A stretch of DNA of 64,000 bases, taken from NCBI GenBank assembly GCA_038496445.1, contig JALMLS010000216.1, positions 434,001 through 498,000 on the forward strand, given 5' to 3'. Made by a program: the position numbers and the translations under genes. Below the pieces are notes generated by a model that ran no database searches, had not been told where the DNA came from, and was given only the letters and a program-made list of their open reading frames with translations. The DNA comes from Trichosphaerium sp. ATCC 40318. Taxonomy: Eukaryota > Protista > Tubulinea. Positions 1 to 13,566 of the stretch are shown one piece after another (position 1 is the stretch's first letter; the number at the start of each line of letters is the position of its first letter).

Positions 1-3000
1 GTACAGAACCGTTTTATTATTTTTTTTCCGTTAAACAAGAGAATCCCAGCAACATTCATTTTTTTTGGAAGATTTATTTACACTTCTTCCAATAGAATCC
101 GACCTCATTTTTGCGTACATAAAAGAAAACAGGCCTCTTAATCCTACTTTATTACCTCTATCTTCACATTGTCTCGAGGGATTCATAATTACATCAACAA
201 ACCTCTCAAGTGACACGGTTCGGTTTTTTGTTTTAAATGTTACAAAAACAAAAAAAGATGATTTTTTTTTCTAGGAGCGTCTTTCTCTCATTTCGAAATT
301 TTTGGGTGCAACGTATACACCAGATCTAATAGCTGGTACTACATGCCTTTTGACGACAGATCCAGTACAGCTCACTGATAAAATACGCGTAAGTTTAAAC
401 AGGTTTTATTTCCATCAAAATCTGATCGATTAGTCATTTCTCGAGCTGACTGTCCTGTAGGAAGCCATTAAAACTGGTGTTCAAATAATTAAGTATACAT
501 GGCTTACTACTTGTTGGGAGCATAGAAAGCGATTACGCTTAGCTAGTAAATATATATTGTGCACTCTTTTTAGAAATATGCGTATTTGTCCAAGTGGTCA
601 AAAAGGTACTACTAACCTCTTCGAGTTAGAGTTATATTTGTGGTATACAATCACCACCTTATATTTGATTTAGACAGACATGCATTAGAAGAGTTGGTTG
701 TCATAAATGGAGGAGAGTTTCACGCTGCTCTAACGAAAAAAACAGTCACACATTTAATAGTTGCGGTTAGTTTTTATCAAAGTACATTTTTGTCCTGCTT
801 ACTATCTTTCCTTAGCCAGAATCAAAGGACTTTAGGACACATGCCAAATCAAAATACGCACATGCTAAATCGTGGAATATACCCGTCGCGCGAACAGAAT
901 GGCTCTACGAGTGTGTTAAGCAAAAGAGTACGCGAAGCTATTTCACAAAAAACTGTTAACCACAATTTAGGGATTGTGGATATACAAGACTATTTGTATA
1001 CAGCTCCTGAAAATGGTGTTGAAACTAGTCAAACATCTACAGAGCGTAGTCTTATTATTGATGAGAACACGTACGTTCAGTTAATTGTTGAAAAACGAAA
1101 AAAATACCACTTTCTATCATTTTCTTCAATTTACATTTCCACGAACTCTTTTGCACCTCAATGCTTCTTCTCACTTCGAGTCTTGAATGTTGTGCTTTAG
1201 AGTAAGACTAATATTTGAAGCGTATTTATTTCAGTTTAAATTATTGTAGCTCATAATTTGCTCAAGCTAATTGTTGCTCTAGATCTGATTCAGTTCAAAT
1301 TAGAGGACAAAATAACTCACGATTACTTTCGTTTTTTGATAGTTGTCGGTTTTATCTTTGCGATTACAACGATAATGAACGTTACAGATACTCTAATAAT
1401 ATTGTTCATGGCGGTGGTCGTTGCGAGGATCGATTGACTAATGCTGTAACGCACATTATTGTACAAAACACAATTTCAAGGTGAGTGATGTTAGGATTTT
1501 TTTTGAAAATTATTTACACCCAATCAAGGAAAGATGCACAAACAATTAAGCATCTTGCAGTTCGACCTTACATTATAGATCATGCTTGGCTAATAAAAAG
1601 TCTCTCACAGTCAAAGAGGGTAGCTGAAAAAGGCTATGAGTTGAATGGTATGTTTTATTTTTAAGGAATTAACTTAATTTCTATGATTAGAATCATTGCT
1701 CGGTTTGGTGGAACCTGACAACAATCACATACAGAAATCAAATGTCCAACCAAACGCAAATCAAGGATTATCACATAATGTTCCAATCAGGAGCACAATG
1801 TTTGAAGAATTTGTATTTTTAATTAAGGATTTTCAGCCACGTGATGTACAACATTTATTATTTCATAAATGTCACTAATTATGTTTAGCTTGATAGACTT
1901 CAACGCGAATTAAGAGCTCAATCCGGAAAAGTGTACTTGGCAAATGATAATTATGAGCCTTCACAAATAAGTTACACAATTTGTCCTCATGGCACAGGTA
2001 TTCGCAATCATTTGCTTGTGAGCAAAAGCTTACAAATTGTTTTGTAATAGATTATGATAAAAAGAACTTTACACACCTCACAGCCACAGATACTGAAGGT
2101 GCAATACCTAAGATAACAATACAATGGGTTCAAGCTTGTATTAAGGTATATACGCCTTCTTTTTGTTGAAGACTAACACAACGAATGCCAGGCGAGAAAA
2201 GTACTTGACATCAACTCTAGGCTGTACTTTCGTCCACTTAAGTTTCCTTTGGATCACTTTCGTAGGACAGTGAATACAAGCAATTGGCTTATAGTATTCA
2301 GTGGTTTTAGAAAAGAAGAGAATGATTATACAAGAACATTAGCTCGTCTTGTTGGTGCACAGTGTACTCGTAAGCTTATTCTTGCAAGAACAACACATTT
2401 GATATGCAAAGAAGCTGCTGGTGAGAAGTATGATCTTTGTAGATCTACTTCTCATATTAAAGTTGTAAAAGTGGAATGGCTTGAGAGTGTTGCTAAGAAC
2501 GTAAGTGTTTTTACTGCTTTCTTTGTTTATTAGGTTTGTACAAACAAGTTTTTTGATTTTTTTCTAGGGCTATCATGTTCCTGAGTCTAAATTCTCGTTC
2601 TTTTATAATGAGATTCCATACGATAACTCTAATGTACAATCTGCTGTACCTGCATGGGATAAAAATGGTGAACTTGTTCAAGATCGATCAGAAAATCAGT
2701 ATTCTGAGGCTGCAGAGACTGGTGGTGTTGATTTAGATTATCGTAGAGTACCTCAGAACAATTTTGTAGACGTTGCTGGCGGTAATGAAGGTGGTTCGCT
2801 TGAGCGAGCTAATATATTCGATGACGCTATGGAAGCAGAACCTTATGTTGATGGTGATGGTCTTGTAAGTAATTACGCTGAAGATCCTTCTCCGTACCAA
2901 CCAGGCGATTCACTTAAGAACATACAACCTGAAGGTATACTTCGTTTCTGGGTGACGAGACTGTTAAGTAACGTTTTTGTAGATATGTATTCACCAAATT

Positions 3001-5882
3001 TTTCTTTGGGTTTGGCGAAAGTCAACCCTTCTCAAGAGGCGATGAACGTTGCAGACGCTGATCCTCTTGGTGCTGATCCAATAATGAGTGGTGTAGTCGT
3101 TTGCACGAGCGAAAAATTACTTGTGCGTGTTTAAACTAAAAGCGTGTAAACGTGAAACGCTCTGTACGTATTGACATGTTTCATTTAAAGGAAAGGCGAA
3201 GAACAGAAATTCATGCTTTGGTTCGAGAGTTGGGTGGTCGCTACACGAATACACTCGCCGAGGCCACGCATTTTGTATATAAAGGACAACCTTCTGGTTC
3301 AAACAGGCCGTACAAGCGTGCCAAGTAAGTCAGAAAAACTATGGTACTACTTTGTTGTTTACTTATTGTTTAGGGCGCTTCATATAGCCACTGTAGCTCC
3401 TGAATGGATATTCGCGTGCAAAGAGAGGAATAAACTTGTTTCTGTTCACTCTTACCCAGTCGGATACAAACCTGGCAAGGCATTGATGCTGCATGAATTC
3501 TCTCCTGTCAAGAAAGGTAAAAAACGCATCCGACCACTCACAGCCACGCCGAAGGTAGCCTTTCTCTATTCAATACTTGTTGTTTACGCATTGGTAGCCT
3601 TCTAGCCCTAAACGGCGAAAGACTAAGAAAAAATCTCCTTCTCAATCGTTAAAGTTCCCAACATCGCAAAAGCTAGCTAGCTTTCGATCAGAGCACGCAC
3701 TTGGCAGTGGTCTTTCGCAATCGCAGTTGTAAGAATAAGTTTATTCTCAATTGACGTCTAACTCATACTGTTGTAGTAATTTAGCATCGCCTCCTCTGGC
3801 TGATCAATCTTTGAAGTCTTTTAACAATGGTAGCTCTTTAAACGATAGCTTTAATATGGATATGAAGCAATCCTTATTAAAAGAGTCTTCAATTGATGTG
3901 GCAAGCCTTAATATCGGTGAGATCGTTTTTTTTGTTAAGTCGTGTAGTTTTTCTCATTTTTTTCTGTTTTAGATATTGATGACTCTCCGATGCCCGCTGT
4001 GAAACCTCAAGACACAAAAACAGATCACATGGTACTAGAGAATGCTGTAAAAGTTGAAGAACAAGAGGGAGAAGAAGATACCGCAATGAAAGATGCTAAA
4101 AAAGAGAAACTTGCTCAGGTTTTTAGTTTACTTCAAAGCGTTAATTCGTCAGCACCAATGGATGATATTGATCATGACAATAGTTTCGACTATATACCAC
4201 CTCAAGCAGGTCTACCTGCTGTTGCAACTTCAAGGCAACCATCCATGTTTGGTGGTAAACGTATGACAAGAGAAGAGCTTTTGGGGTCTTCTCAGATACC
4301 TAAGCCAAAAAGAGGTAAAAAGAGAAAAAATGAGGAAATTTTTTTGATTGACCTTTGTGCCCTAGATAAACAGAATGGTGATGGGTTTCATTTGGAGTAT
4401 CCTGGTGATATGGATGATTGTGATGATGTTATGGATTATGATGAAGGTGAATCTTCTCAGGTTGTGTATAGAAATAATGAGGAAGATGCAAAGAAAGAAC
4501 TTTTAATCACAGGAAAATACAAAGACACGGGTCATGATGTGAATGTACGTTTTTTTTTTAAAATCACACTATCTTTTTTCAGCAATTATATCTATATCCT
4601 TTCACATATGGCATCAATGAGAACTGAAACAAGGTCTAAAGTCCTTGACATATGATCAAAAAATTTGACTTTTTTTTCTCTGTTTTTGGCTTGGATGAAT
4701 TCTAAATCCCTTTGTTTTGTTTAGAGGGAGTTAGATGTACTTTGTGGCGCTTTTAACTCTCAAATACCGCCACCACAGATGCCAAGTCCGGTAAAGAAAA
4801 AGCCTAAACCTTCTCAAAGACGTTCACAAAAGAAAACACCAACAAAGCCTGTTCCTCCAAAACCACTTAGGTATGACTTCCCTATGTTCATTCACACAAC
4901 AAACCCAAAATACAGTACAATAACTAATTGTGGTGTGTAGGAGACTGATGATCTCTGGTTTCGATGAAGCTTCAAAACAGCAATATGGAGCTGAAGCAGA
5001 GAAGTTAGGCTTTGAAATGTTGACTTCTAGGACTCTTGATACTCGGTTAACACATTTACTAATAAAAACTCCTGCAAGGAGTGAGAAATTTTTGGGTGCT
5101 GTTGCTGGTGGTGTATGGTACGAACTAGTTCAAAATAGAGTTGTTCCATTTGAATCACAAGTCATCGTTTCGAAACTTATCCTTCTTTTAGTGTTCTCAC
5201 CACAAGCTACTTTGAAGCTTGTAAAAAGGATCCAAAGTGTATAGATAAAGAAGAGGATTATGAGTGGAATCTGGCAAAGCAACTTGACAGGAAAACCACT
5301 GGTAAGTATGCATACTATTTTTTTGTAAAGATAGTATCATTTGCTTGTTACGTCTTAGAACTTTTTTGATTATTATTAGATCTTGTAAAAAGTTATATTT
5401 GGTGGCGTAAGAGGATAGCTGATACCGGTAAAAAAGCGTATAGCGGTTGGCGTGTCATTTTAAACGTCAGCAGGTAAGCCTAAAACAAAATTTTCTTTTG
5501 GCTACTGTCATTCCTGTTTTATTTAACAGTTGCCCTTAGACCAGAAACAATAGCTCGTGTACTACAAGCTGGTGGAGCTGAGATATTATCAGATAAACTT
5601 ACAGTAGTAAGAAGCGTTGTAAGTGATAAATTCGAGGAGGAATGCTTTCGCTTTTCTTCCTTTTTTTTTTCTTTTTTTTTTTCTGATTAAGGTTTTCTTT
5701 TCTAGCTTGCACGTGTTACTCATGTGCTTGTTGATACAAGTTGTTCAAAGAATAAAAGTTTTGTGGAGACTTTTAAAAGTAGATGTAAAAAACCACTACT
5801 CCGCGCTGAGTACCTTAGTGCTGTATTACTTCGCTTGGGTGAATCTGCAGAATTAAAGAAAGAATATAAATATAAAATGTAA
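1..5882 (+). CDS. TOPBP1: DNA topoisomerase II-binding protein 1-like multi-BRCT checkpoint scaffold (multi-exon, starts upstream of window)
   Basis: Successive BRCT repeats across spliced exons (LGATYTPDL..TTCLL..WL; GGEFHAALTKKTVTHLIVA..EWL; IVFSGF..VGAQCTRKL..TTHLIC..GEKY..KVEWLES; GGRYTNT..ATH..APEWIFAC; C-terminal pair MISGF..THLLIK.P.RSEKFLGAVAGGVW). GT-AG introns; stop TAA 5880-5882. Confidence 0.85.
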
Positions 5883-5959
5883 AATAATTAAAACAACCAT
5901 TATAATAAACTAGCATTTGTACATATAGAACAGTCAAGACTGACAAACGATATTAAAGT

Positions 5960-6977
5960 ACCTCGGATGGATGAAATTAAAGGTCACATGCTTGCTCAGG
6001 AAAGAACTTGATGCAGTCTACAAGAAAAGATGTACGCCTACGATCAAGAGAGTCATTTGTTAAGAATGATGCTCGGATTTGTGTTAAACATAATGAGATT
6101 TTCGAGCGTCATTACTATGACGTTGCTTAAAATCACGTGTTAAACTGTTTATTTAGTTGACACAAAGTCTTCAGATACAAAACTGGAATGGGGTAAAGTA
6201 GACCCTTCCAAGTATTACCTTGATCATAATTTAATGATAAGAGATGGAATCTTTCACCAGGCACAAGAATCAGGTGTCTTTGATTACTTTACACCAAGGC
6301 TACTTTTAGAAAAGTTAGAATGATTATTGACGATTCTTACTTTCATCATGCTATACAACTTGGTGATATTTGTATAAATACAAGTAATGATGTGGGTATA
6401 GATTCCGTAAACGTAGACGCAGAAAAGTTGATATTAAACGATGGGATGATATGAAATACAAAAAAATAGCTGACTTTGATCAGTGTACTGTCTCTGAAAA
6501 ACACTTCAACTGCCATATTTACCTAACTTATTCCCTACTATTGCACCAACATTCCCTCTTATTTCTATTGATGAAGCAGGGGAGTTAAGCTTCCTATCAG
6601 CTCAATCAGCTGTTTCATTCAAGAGTATGTTAGATGACTATAAACCAGTAAAGAATTTCTTTGCCAAAAGCCCTTTTGCGAAGAAGAGAATGCCTACAGT
6701 GTATCATGATGTTGTTAAGGACTGGTACAAGAAGAATAACTTGAAGAGGACTACAGTATCTATAAATACAAACGAGACACCAGAGTCTATTGTTGAGTTT
6801 ATTACAAAAGAATTGGAAAATAAGACACAAGAAAAACAAGACAAGCTAGAATATGTAATGTTTGAGATCGGTATGCAAGTGTTGAGGTTTGTTCAAGCTG
6901 CAAAGCTGAAACCAACACCTGACATAATAGAGAAACTACCAAAACACGGGGAAATACCACAACATAAACATGTATGA
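5960..6977 (+). pseudogene. Decayed, apparently intronless coding remnant of unknown origin
   Basis: Coding-like frames (..KRRRKVDIKRWDDMKYKKIADFDQC..) join the 6627-6977 ORF only through a frameshift near 6520, and there are in-frame stops upstream. No recognisable domain. Confidence 0.35.
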
Positions 6978-7273
6978 GCGTACAAAATGGTTTTACAACA
7001 ATAACATTTTTTTTCAAAAATGGTTTGTACTAGTGCACGTGATTATCCTCCTTGTTGGGTGGTATCTTTTTAACATTCCTAGTTAAGGACTGTTTTCTCT
7101 TGCGTTTTTGAGCAAAGTAGCAGATCCCTACAGGTAAGCTTGCGAAGATTAGATTACGCTTGGTGGTTATATTACTGTGCGACACAAAGTGCCAAAGTAC
7201 TTTCAGTGAGCGAACCCTGGTAGTTGCCCTGGTAGTGGTATCACTAGCGTTACCAACAATAAACGCTACCAGA

Positions 7274-7897
7274 ATGACAGACTCAACACCTGCTCAGTAC
7301 AAAGGATCTTGTTTTTGCAAGGCAGTACAGTTTACTACCACTGGAAAACCGCTAATTTCTTGTTACTGCCACTGTACAATATGCCAGCGCATCACATGTT
7401 CACCATGCGAAATAGTTGTAAGACCTGAAAACAAAAAAAAAACAGTTGAAAACTTTTCGTAGCTTTGAGTTGGTTTATTAGGCAATTTACGCTGGACAGT
7501 TTTCTATTACTAAAGGTGCTGATAATATAGCCTATTTCAATAGCTCCGAGAATTTACAAAGAGGACATTGTAAGACATGTAGAACGCCTTGTGCTAGTAA
7601 ACTAAAGTCGAAAGGTGCTAGCTTGTTGATTTGGATCTAAGCTGAACATAACTAGATGGTAATTTCATGTATACAGCCCAACTTCCTCTGTATGAGGGTT
7701 ATGTAGATGGTAAACTAGCTGATGAATTGAAACCGAACATGCATATTTGGTACGGCAATCGTGTTATAGATATCAAGGACGGTTTGTTAAAGTGGAAAGT
7801 ACTTTTTTTTTTTCGAGTATTAACAATTGATGGTAACCTGGTTGCATAGGATATGCCAAAACAATTTGGTGGTTCTGGAGATAAAATTGAACATTAG
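7274..7897 (+). CDS. GFA/CENP-V (Mss4-like) zinc-binding protein
   Basis: YKGSCFCKAVQF..CYCHCTICQR..FNSSENLQRGHCKTCG..KPNMHIWY motif set, with 3 short introns. Confidence 0.88.
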
Positions 7898-8164
7898 GAA
7901 GGGTTGTAAGGGTAATTAATACAAGTACAGTATCTGACAATACGAATAAAATGAGAAGGGTTGGTGTCTTCCTTTTTTTTGCGACCGTACTTTTCAAAAC
8001 AAATCGTTTGTGGCTCAAAATACATGTATTTCATTAAAGGTACAAGTTTTCGGTATTGTCGCGATTTAGTAGTTTCGCACGGCGTCTCAATTCGTTTCAA
8101 CAAAAACAGTTGTTGATTTTTTGAGATTAGTCAACGGCTATTCCGCAATAAGTCACGTGTCACC

Positions 8165-9546
8165 ATGGATCGCGCAGAAGGTAATAAAAAACCGTTTGAT
8201 TCGGCGTATGATACAGTAAATCAAAGGTAAACGTTTTTGTTAGCTTGTATCGTTCTAAAACAATGTGTAGCACTCAAAAAACATTACTGGACATGCCTAC
8301 TGAGATTATAGCGACTATTTTAAGTCATACAACCAAATCTCGATTTGCAGCTTGTCAGACATGTCGTATCCTTTCTTCTATCATTCACGACATTATCGGA
8401 TACCATAGTATACGTATAACAACTGAAAATCAAGTGAAACAAGTTGTACAGCATTGTGGAATTATGAAACACACAAGGATCGATTTAGTACTTAACATAG
8501 ATTTTGGGTTTCCTTCTGACAAGATTGTGGAACAATTTGCAGGAGTTCATACAATTGCCTTGAAGGGTTGTCGACTTACAGACAAAGTAATGACATATTT
8601 GGCCGGAGTTCATACAATTGACCTGTTTTGGGCATCAGTGACAGATGAAGGAGTGAAAGCACTCAAAGGTGTTCATACTATTAACCTTTCTTGCACATCA
8701 GTGACAGATGAAGGAGTCAAAGCACTCAAAGGCGTTCATACTATTGACCTTTCTACGACCTTAGTGACAGATGAAGGAGTCAAAGCAATCGGAGGTGTTC
8801 ATACTATTAACCTTTGCCACATATCAGTGACAGATGAAGGAGTGAAAGCACTCAAAGGTGTTCATACTATTGACCTTTGCCACGCATCAGTGACGGATGA
8901 AGGAGTCAAAGCACTCGCCGGTGTACATACTATTCAACTTTCTTGCACATCTGTAACAGATGAAGGAGTGACAGCACTTGCAGGAGTTCATACAATTGAC
9001 TTGAGCTATACTAAAGTGACTGATAAGGGAGTTAAAGCACTTATTGGCGTTCATACTATTAACCTTTGTCGGACTGCAGTGTCAGATGAAGCACTCCAAA
9101 GTCTTGTTGGTGTACACACAATTGACCTAAAGAGTTGCAGTATTACAGTTGAAGGAATCAAAGCACTCAAAGACGTTCATGAGATTAGTCTTTCTTTCCC
9201 AAAAGACTCATGGCTTAAACATCTTTGCAATGTACACACTATCAATATTTCTCACGGGAGATATATAACAGATGATGGAATTAAATCATTGACCAATGTC
9301 AAACGCCTTGAGCTTCACAATTTCTCTAATATAACAGACTTGGGTTTTAAGACATTGGTCAACCTTGAGCACCTCACCATGGGTTACTGTCCACAGATTA
9401 CAAATGGTTGCTTGAAGCACTTACCATCTTTAAAATATGTTAAAGGATTGAGAAATACCAAAGTTACACAAGAAGCTGTTGAGTCATTGGGTATTCAATA
9501 TATTACCTCTAGAATCCAGTTCAATATGTTAGAATTAGCTAATTAA
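8165..9546 (+). CDS. F-box + leucine-rich repeat protein (22-aa 'GVHTIDL..T.VTDEGVKAL' LRRs)
   Basis: F-box LLDMPTEIIATILSH..CR.L, followed by roughly 13-15 LRRs. A short first exon from ATG 8165 splices in frame through intron 8227-8270; the rest is one ~1.27 kb exon. Confidence 0.88.
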
Positions 9547-10185
9547 ATAGGCAATTTATAAGCCATTGTAAAGTTGTTTTGTTATTGTACAATTTTCCAA
9601 CTTTTGGATTGTTGAGAGCGACGGCATTACGATTGATTTTCAGTGCTTAATCACATCTTCTCCCACATTTCGTCTCATAGTGATTATATCATTATTATTG
9701 ACGATTATTATTTCTGTATAAGTAAAGATGAACCCAAAAATCTGTTATGAATAACATACTAGTGGCAAAAAGGTCAGAATGACAATTTATCAGTACCTAT
9801 AAAAAACCTCTTTTGCCATTCTACATTTTGTAGTGTGGGAAAGAACGGTTCTACTAATGTTGTTCAGCTAGTCGCTTTTTAAGGAAAATACTTCACTTTC
9901 ATTTGTCTGCGTTGCACCAAACGACCCAATCACAGGCTAGCTTACACGGGTAAGACAGGTTTTTTTATGCCTATACATGTAATATCAGAAGTAGGTATTC
10001 TCACATGAGCATACTTTGGTTCAGGTGGATTGAATAGTACACGCATTTCGCTGTGCCCTTTTGAAAGGTACATTAGCCAGACTACCTTCAAACTCAAACT
10101 GATACTGATTGGGTTTTTGAAACTAAACTTTATTGCTAACTCGTTGATTGAGTTTTTGATTTGATGTGTTAATGTGAATGATTCA

Positions 10186-13100
10186 TCAGACAAGTACTAT
10201 CTCCCTGTATGACCAAGCGCTCTTATTCTTTTTGATCACATCACAACCACAACAATCTAAATTCCTCATGCAGACACAACTTCCGGTATTCTCTCCTCGG
10301 TAACCTTGCCTTCCTCTGTATGCGTTCATATATCTGTTATCACAATCAGGATCAGCTACAATAGCAGCTGCGCATTCATCATTAAACCACTGGTGATTAT
10401 AATCTCGTCCATTTACAAGGAGTTGCTTGAAGCAAAGCTGAGATTTTTGCTCTCTTGTACCGTTACAAGTGATAGATGATCCAGCACCTGACCAATCACC
10501 TTGTAATCCTTTACAAGCTCTGTACCCTGTTGCGTTGACAAATTTAATTTTCTTTGGTAACGGTGTTGTTGATGGCTCAAGATCGCAGTTGATGCATTTA
10601 TCTTGCAGCAGGAATCTAGGGAATGTTGATACAGTAATATCTCTATTTTTTTTGGCAGAGTAGCAATCTATACATTGATCTCCGTGTCGCCATGGAATAT
10701 CCTTTGTTGTCGGTTCAGGGTTGGAAGGGAATATATTGCCTTTGTTCTTCACATAACATGTTGCACCGTAAGCAGGGTCACCAGGAAGTACAGTCTCGTA
10801 TTGTCCTCTGGTATCGCTTCCACTTCTGGCGTATACGGCCATACACATGAATGCCTTGCTTGGATCTTCTTCTAGGTTGAGTTTCGTCATGTTTACAGTG
10901 TCTAAGCACTTTTGAGGTATGAGTTGAGCTTGAGAATACCACCTATTGCCTGGGACGGCTAGAGGAGCTATGTATACGCCTTGGCATATCTTCTTTCCTT
11001 CACAGAATTTGAGACAGTATTTTAAATTACTGAATACTCTTGTGCAACCTAGTACGTAAAGTCAACGAAGTGAACACTTTTGCTTTCAAAAAAAGAAAAT
11101 GAAAAAAAGAATGAAAAAGATATCTCTGTGGAACAAACACGTACCTCTTGTTGATTTAGGCGTAGGGAAGTAACAATGATCAACGCGCCTTCACACAAAA
11201 CAATAAGCAAAACAGAATTATACGTTCATGAATAACTATTGTTTTTTTTTTTCTCGCTAAAACTTACGTGTATCGTGCTCCAGGAGGAGGAGCTATACCA
11301 TAAATTTCGTCTACATGATGATCTACGTAATCTATATCTGTGCAATCACGGTATCCTTTCCATAACCAATGTACCTATATTGTATTGTAAACAATAAGAA
11401 TGTGACTAAAAAGGTAACGTGCACGTGATTTTTTTTCTAGAAACTAGACTTTTTTTTTTCAACGTACAATGTATCTTCCAAATCCAGCACGTCCAGGTAT
11501 TCTAAATTCGGCGACATCAGAGCTTGATGGTCTGTGAGAGGGGTGATTTGCTCTTAATACTGCTTCAATCCATGGATAGTCTGGGTGCTCATACTCGGCC
11601 CAATTATCTTTATGTAGCCCTTCTCTGTAGTTAACCAGCTTTTTAGTTGGCTTAGGTCCCCATCCAGTACTTCCTGAGAAAACACCTGGTCTCACAAGGT
11701 AGTCTGGAGAATCAGGTGGAATAATATCACCATATAAAGGACCAACACCGCTGTCAGATGTTCTGTAGTATATATTAACAGTAGAGATAGCTCCGGCAGG
11801 TGCATCCGCAAAGTACTTTTGGAAGAGTCTCTTGTTGTGGTACTTCAGCTTGTCTTCGTCTTTAGCATGTACGATAACAAAGTAACCAGGAGAAAAGTGA
11901 CCTGAAGCCCATTCGATTTGGAACTTTTGGTCAGGACCGATTTGAGTATGTGGGCCGTTTGTGACTTTTGGAGGACAAGGACCTTCTGTACTTGCGTGAC
12001 CAGCTCTCGCTGGGCTTCTGAGCCAGTTGTGCGCGCTTGCAGATGGTAATAGAAGTAAAGAGATGAGAGCGAGGCCAAGAATCATAGACGTTGTAGCGTG
12101 GCTCTTGCTGGTGAAGAAAGCTACGCCAAAACTGCACATAGCCAACAATAGGAACGAAGCAATAGGCCTTGATGATGAACTTCCCATGCTTCCGTCCCCT
12201 GTATTGTTTGGATCGTTTGGATCTGTTGGATCTGGTAGATCACCTGGAGCCAGTGTAACGGCAAGACATTTACAGAAGCGCAATCTATTTAAAAAAATGT
12301 TAGAAGTAAAAAAAACAGAAGCTGACCAACAGTGGCAATTCTTTCAATTTAGAGTACGTACCCGTCTTCTTCATTGGTGCTTTTAGCATCACATGTAGCA
12401 ACATCTGTTGAGCGACCATCTTCGCATGACATATCGTCGTAATAACACATGCCGTCTGTAGTTTGTGTTGTTCCCATAGCACTGCAACCGCTCAAAAATG
12501 GTTTTCTGCAAATAAAACCGGAAGGCTTCAAGAGTCTATTAATTTCCGAAACACTGTTTATGCCTTGAATAGATACAGTATCGCAAAGGAGGCTCTCTTT
12601 AGAGCATCTCTCTGTGCACGATTCTCCAAGCTAAGAAAAGAATAAGACGTCAAATCTTGAACTTGGTTTTTTTTTGGTTTTTTTTTTCGTTTAAAACGAT
12701 TAACTTACCTCTGTTTGGAACCATCCAGTGTTGGTTGGAAGAGAGTCTGAAGATTCTGTGAGTGAGAATTCATTACCTCCGTTTGGCCACCAGAAATCAC
12801 CAGTGTTGGCTGCGCCGCTCTTGATGAGAACATGAAAAGTGATTTTGCCTGTTCCAGCTGGAGGAGCGATGAAAGTTAATGTTGTCATGAGTGGTTTCGG
12901 TATAGCGTTCGCGTGCATAACACTACGTCCACAAGGATGCGAATCCTCCCAAGGTAGTGTGAATAAAGCTAAAAACCGAAAAAAGTAAGCAAAAAAAAAA
13001 TTGTTGTTTCGGCCAAAAAAAGATCCGAAATATTAAGCGCACGTGGTTCATCATTTGACAATTTCCATTCACCAACATGACTTCCAGTAGAATTTACAGC

Positions 13101-13566
13101 GTACCTATAACAAAAACATTAATTAGATGTCCGAGAGAGACTAATAGAGAAAAAAAAAGAAGAAAAAAACAAGATTATTGATTTTTATGTGTTTGCTTTT
13201 GTAAACGTACATTAGGATTCCCCTGTACTTTTTAGAATAGCTTGTTACAAGTATTGTAATATCTACAATGCTACCAGGTACGTATGTTGTTTGTGGAGAA
13301 TCCTCTTCACCAGCGAATACCTGATACTTTGAACTAGCCGTCACCTTAGAAGCCCAATGCATGTGTGGCTTTGGCGACTCGTTACAGACTAATCTGTTCT
13401 TGCCGCCGCTTTGCAGGGTAGCCCACTGTGCAGGGTCACATCCCCAGTTTGTAGAAGTTGCATCACAAGAGAATACATTCTCAGGGTTCGAGTTGGAAGC
13501 GCAAAAACTCTTTGCGATTACAAGTATTAGTAATAGCGAAATACCGCGGTACAGTACCGCGAGCAT
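10186..13566 (-). CDS. Secreted/membrane polyprotein: signal peptide, Reeler-like domain, Cys-rich domain, TM helix, internal signal peptide, His-brace LPMO-like domain, Cys-rich C-terminus
   Basis: Exons splice in frame through GT-AG introns. Reeler-like YVPGSIVDITI..KYRGILMYAVNS..VGEW..CGRSVMHANAIPK..TFIAPPAGTGKITFHVLI; internal ..LLLLPSASA|HNWLRSP..EWASGH..YIVHWLWKGYRDCTDID. Confidence 0.75.
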
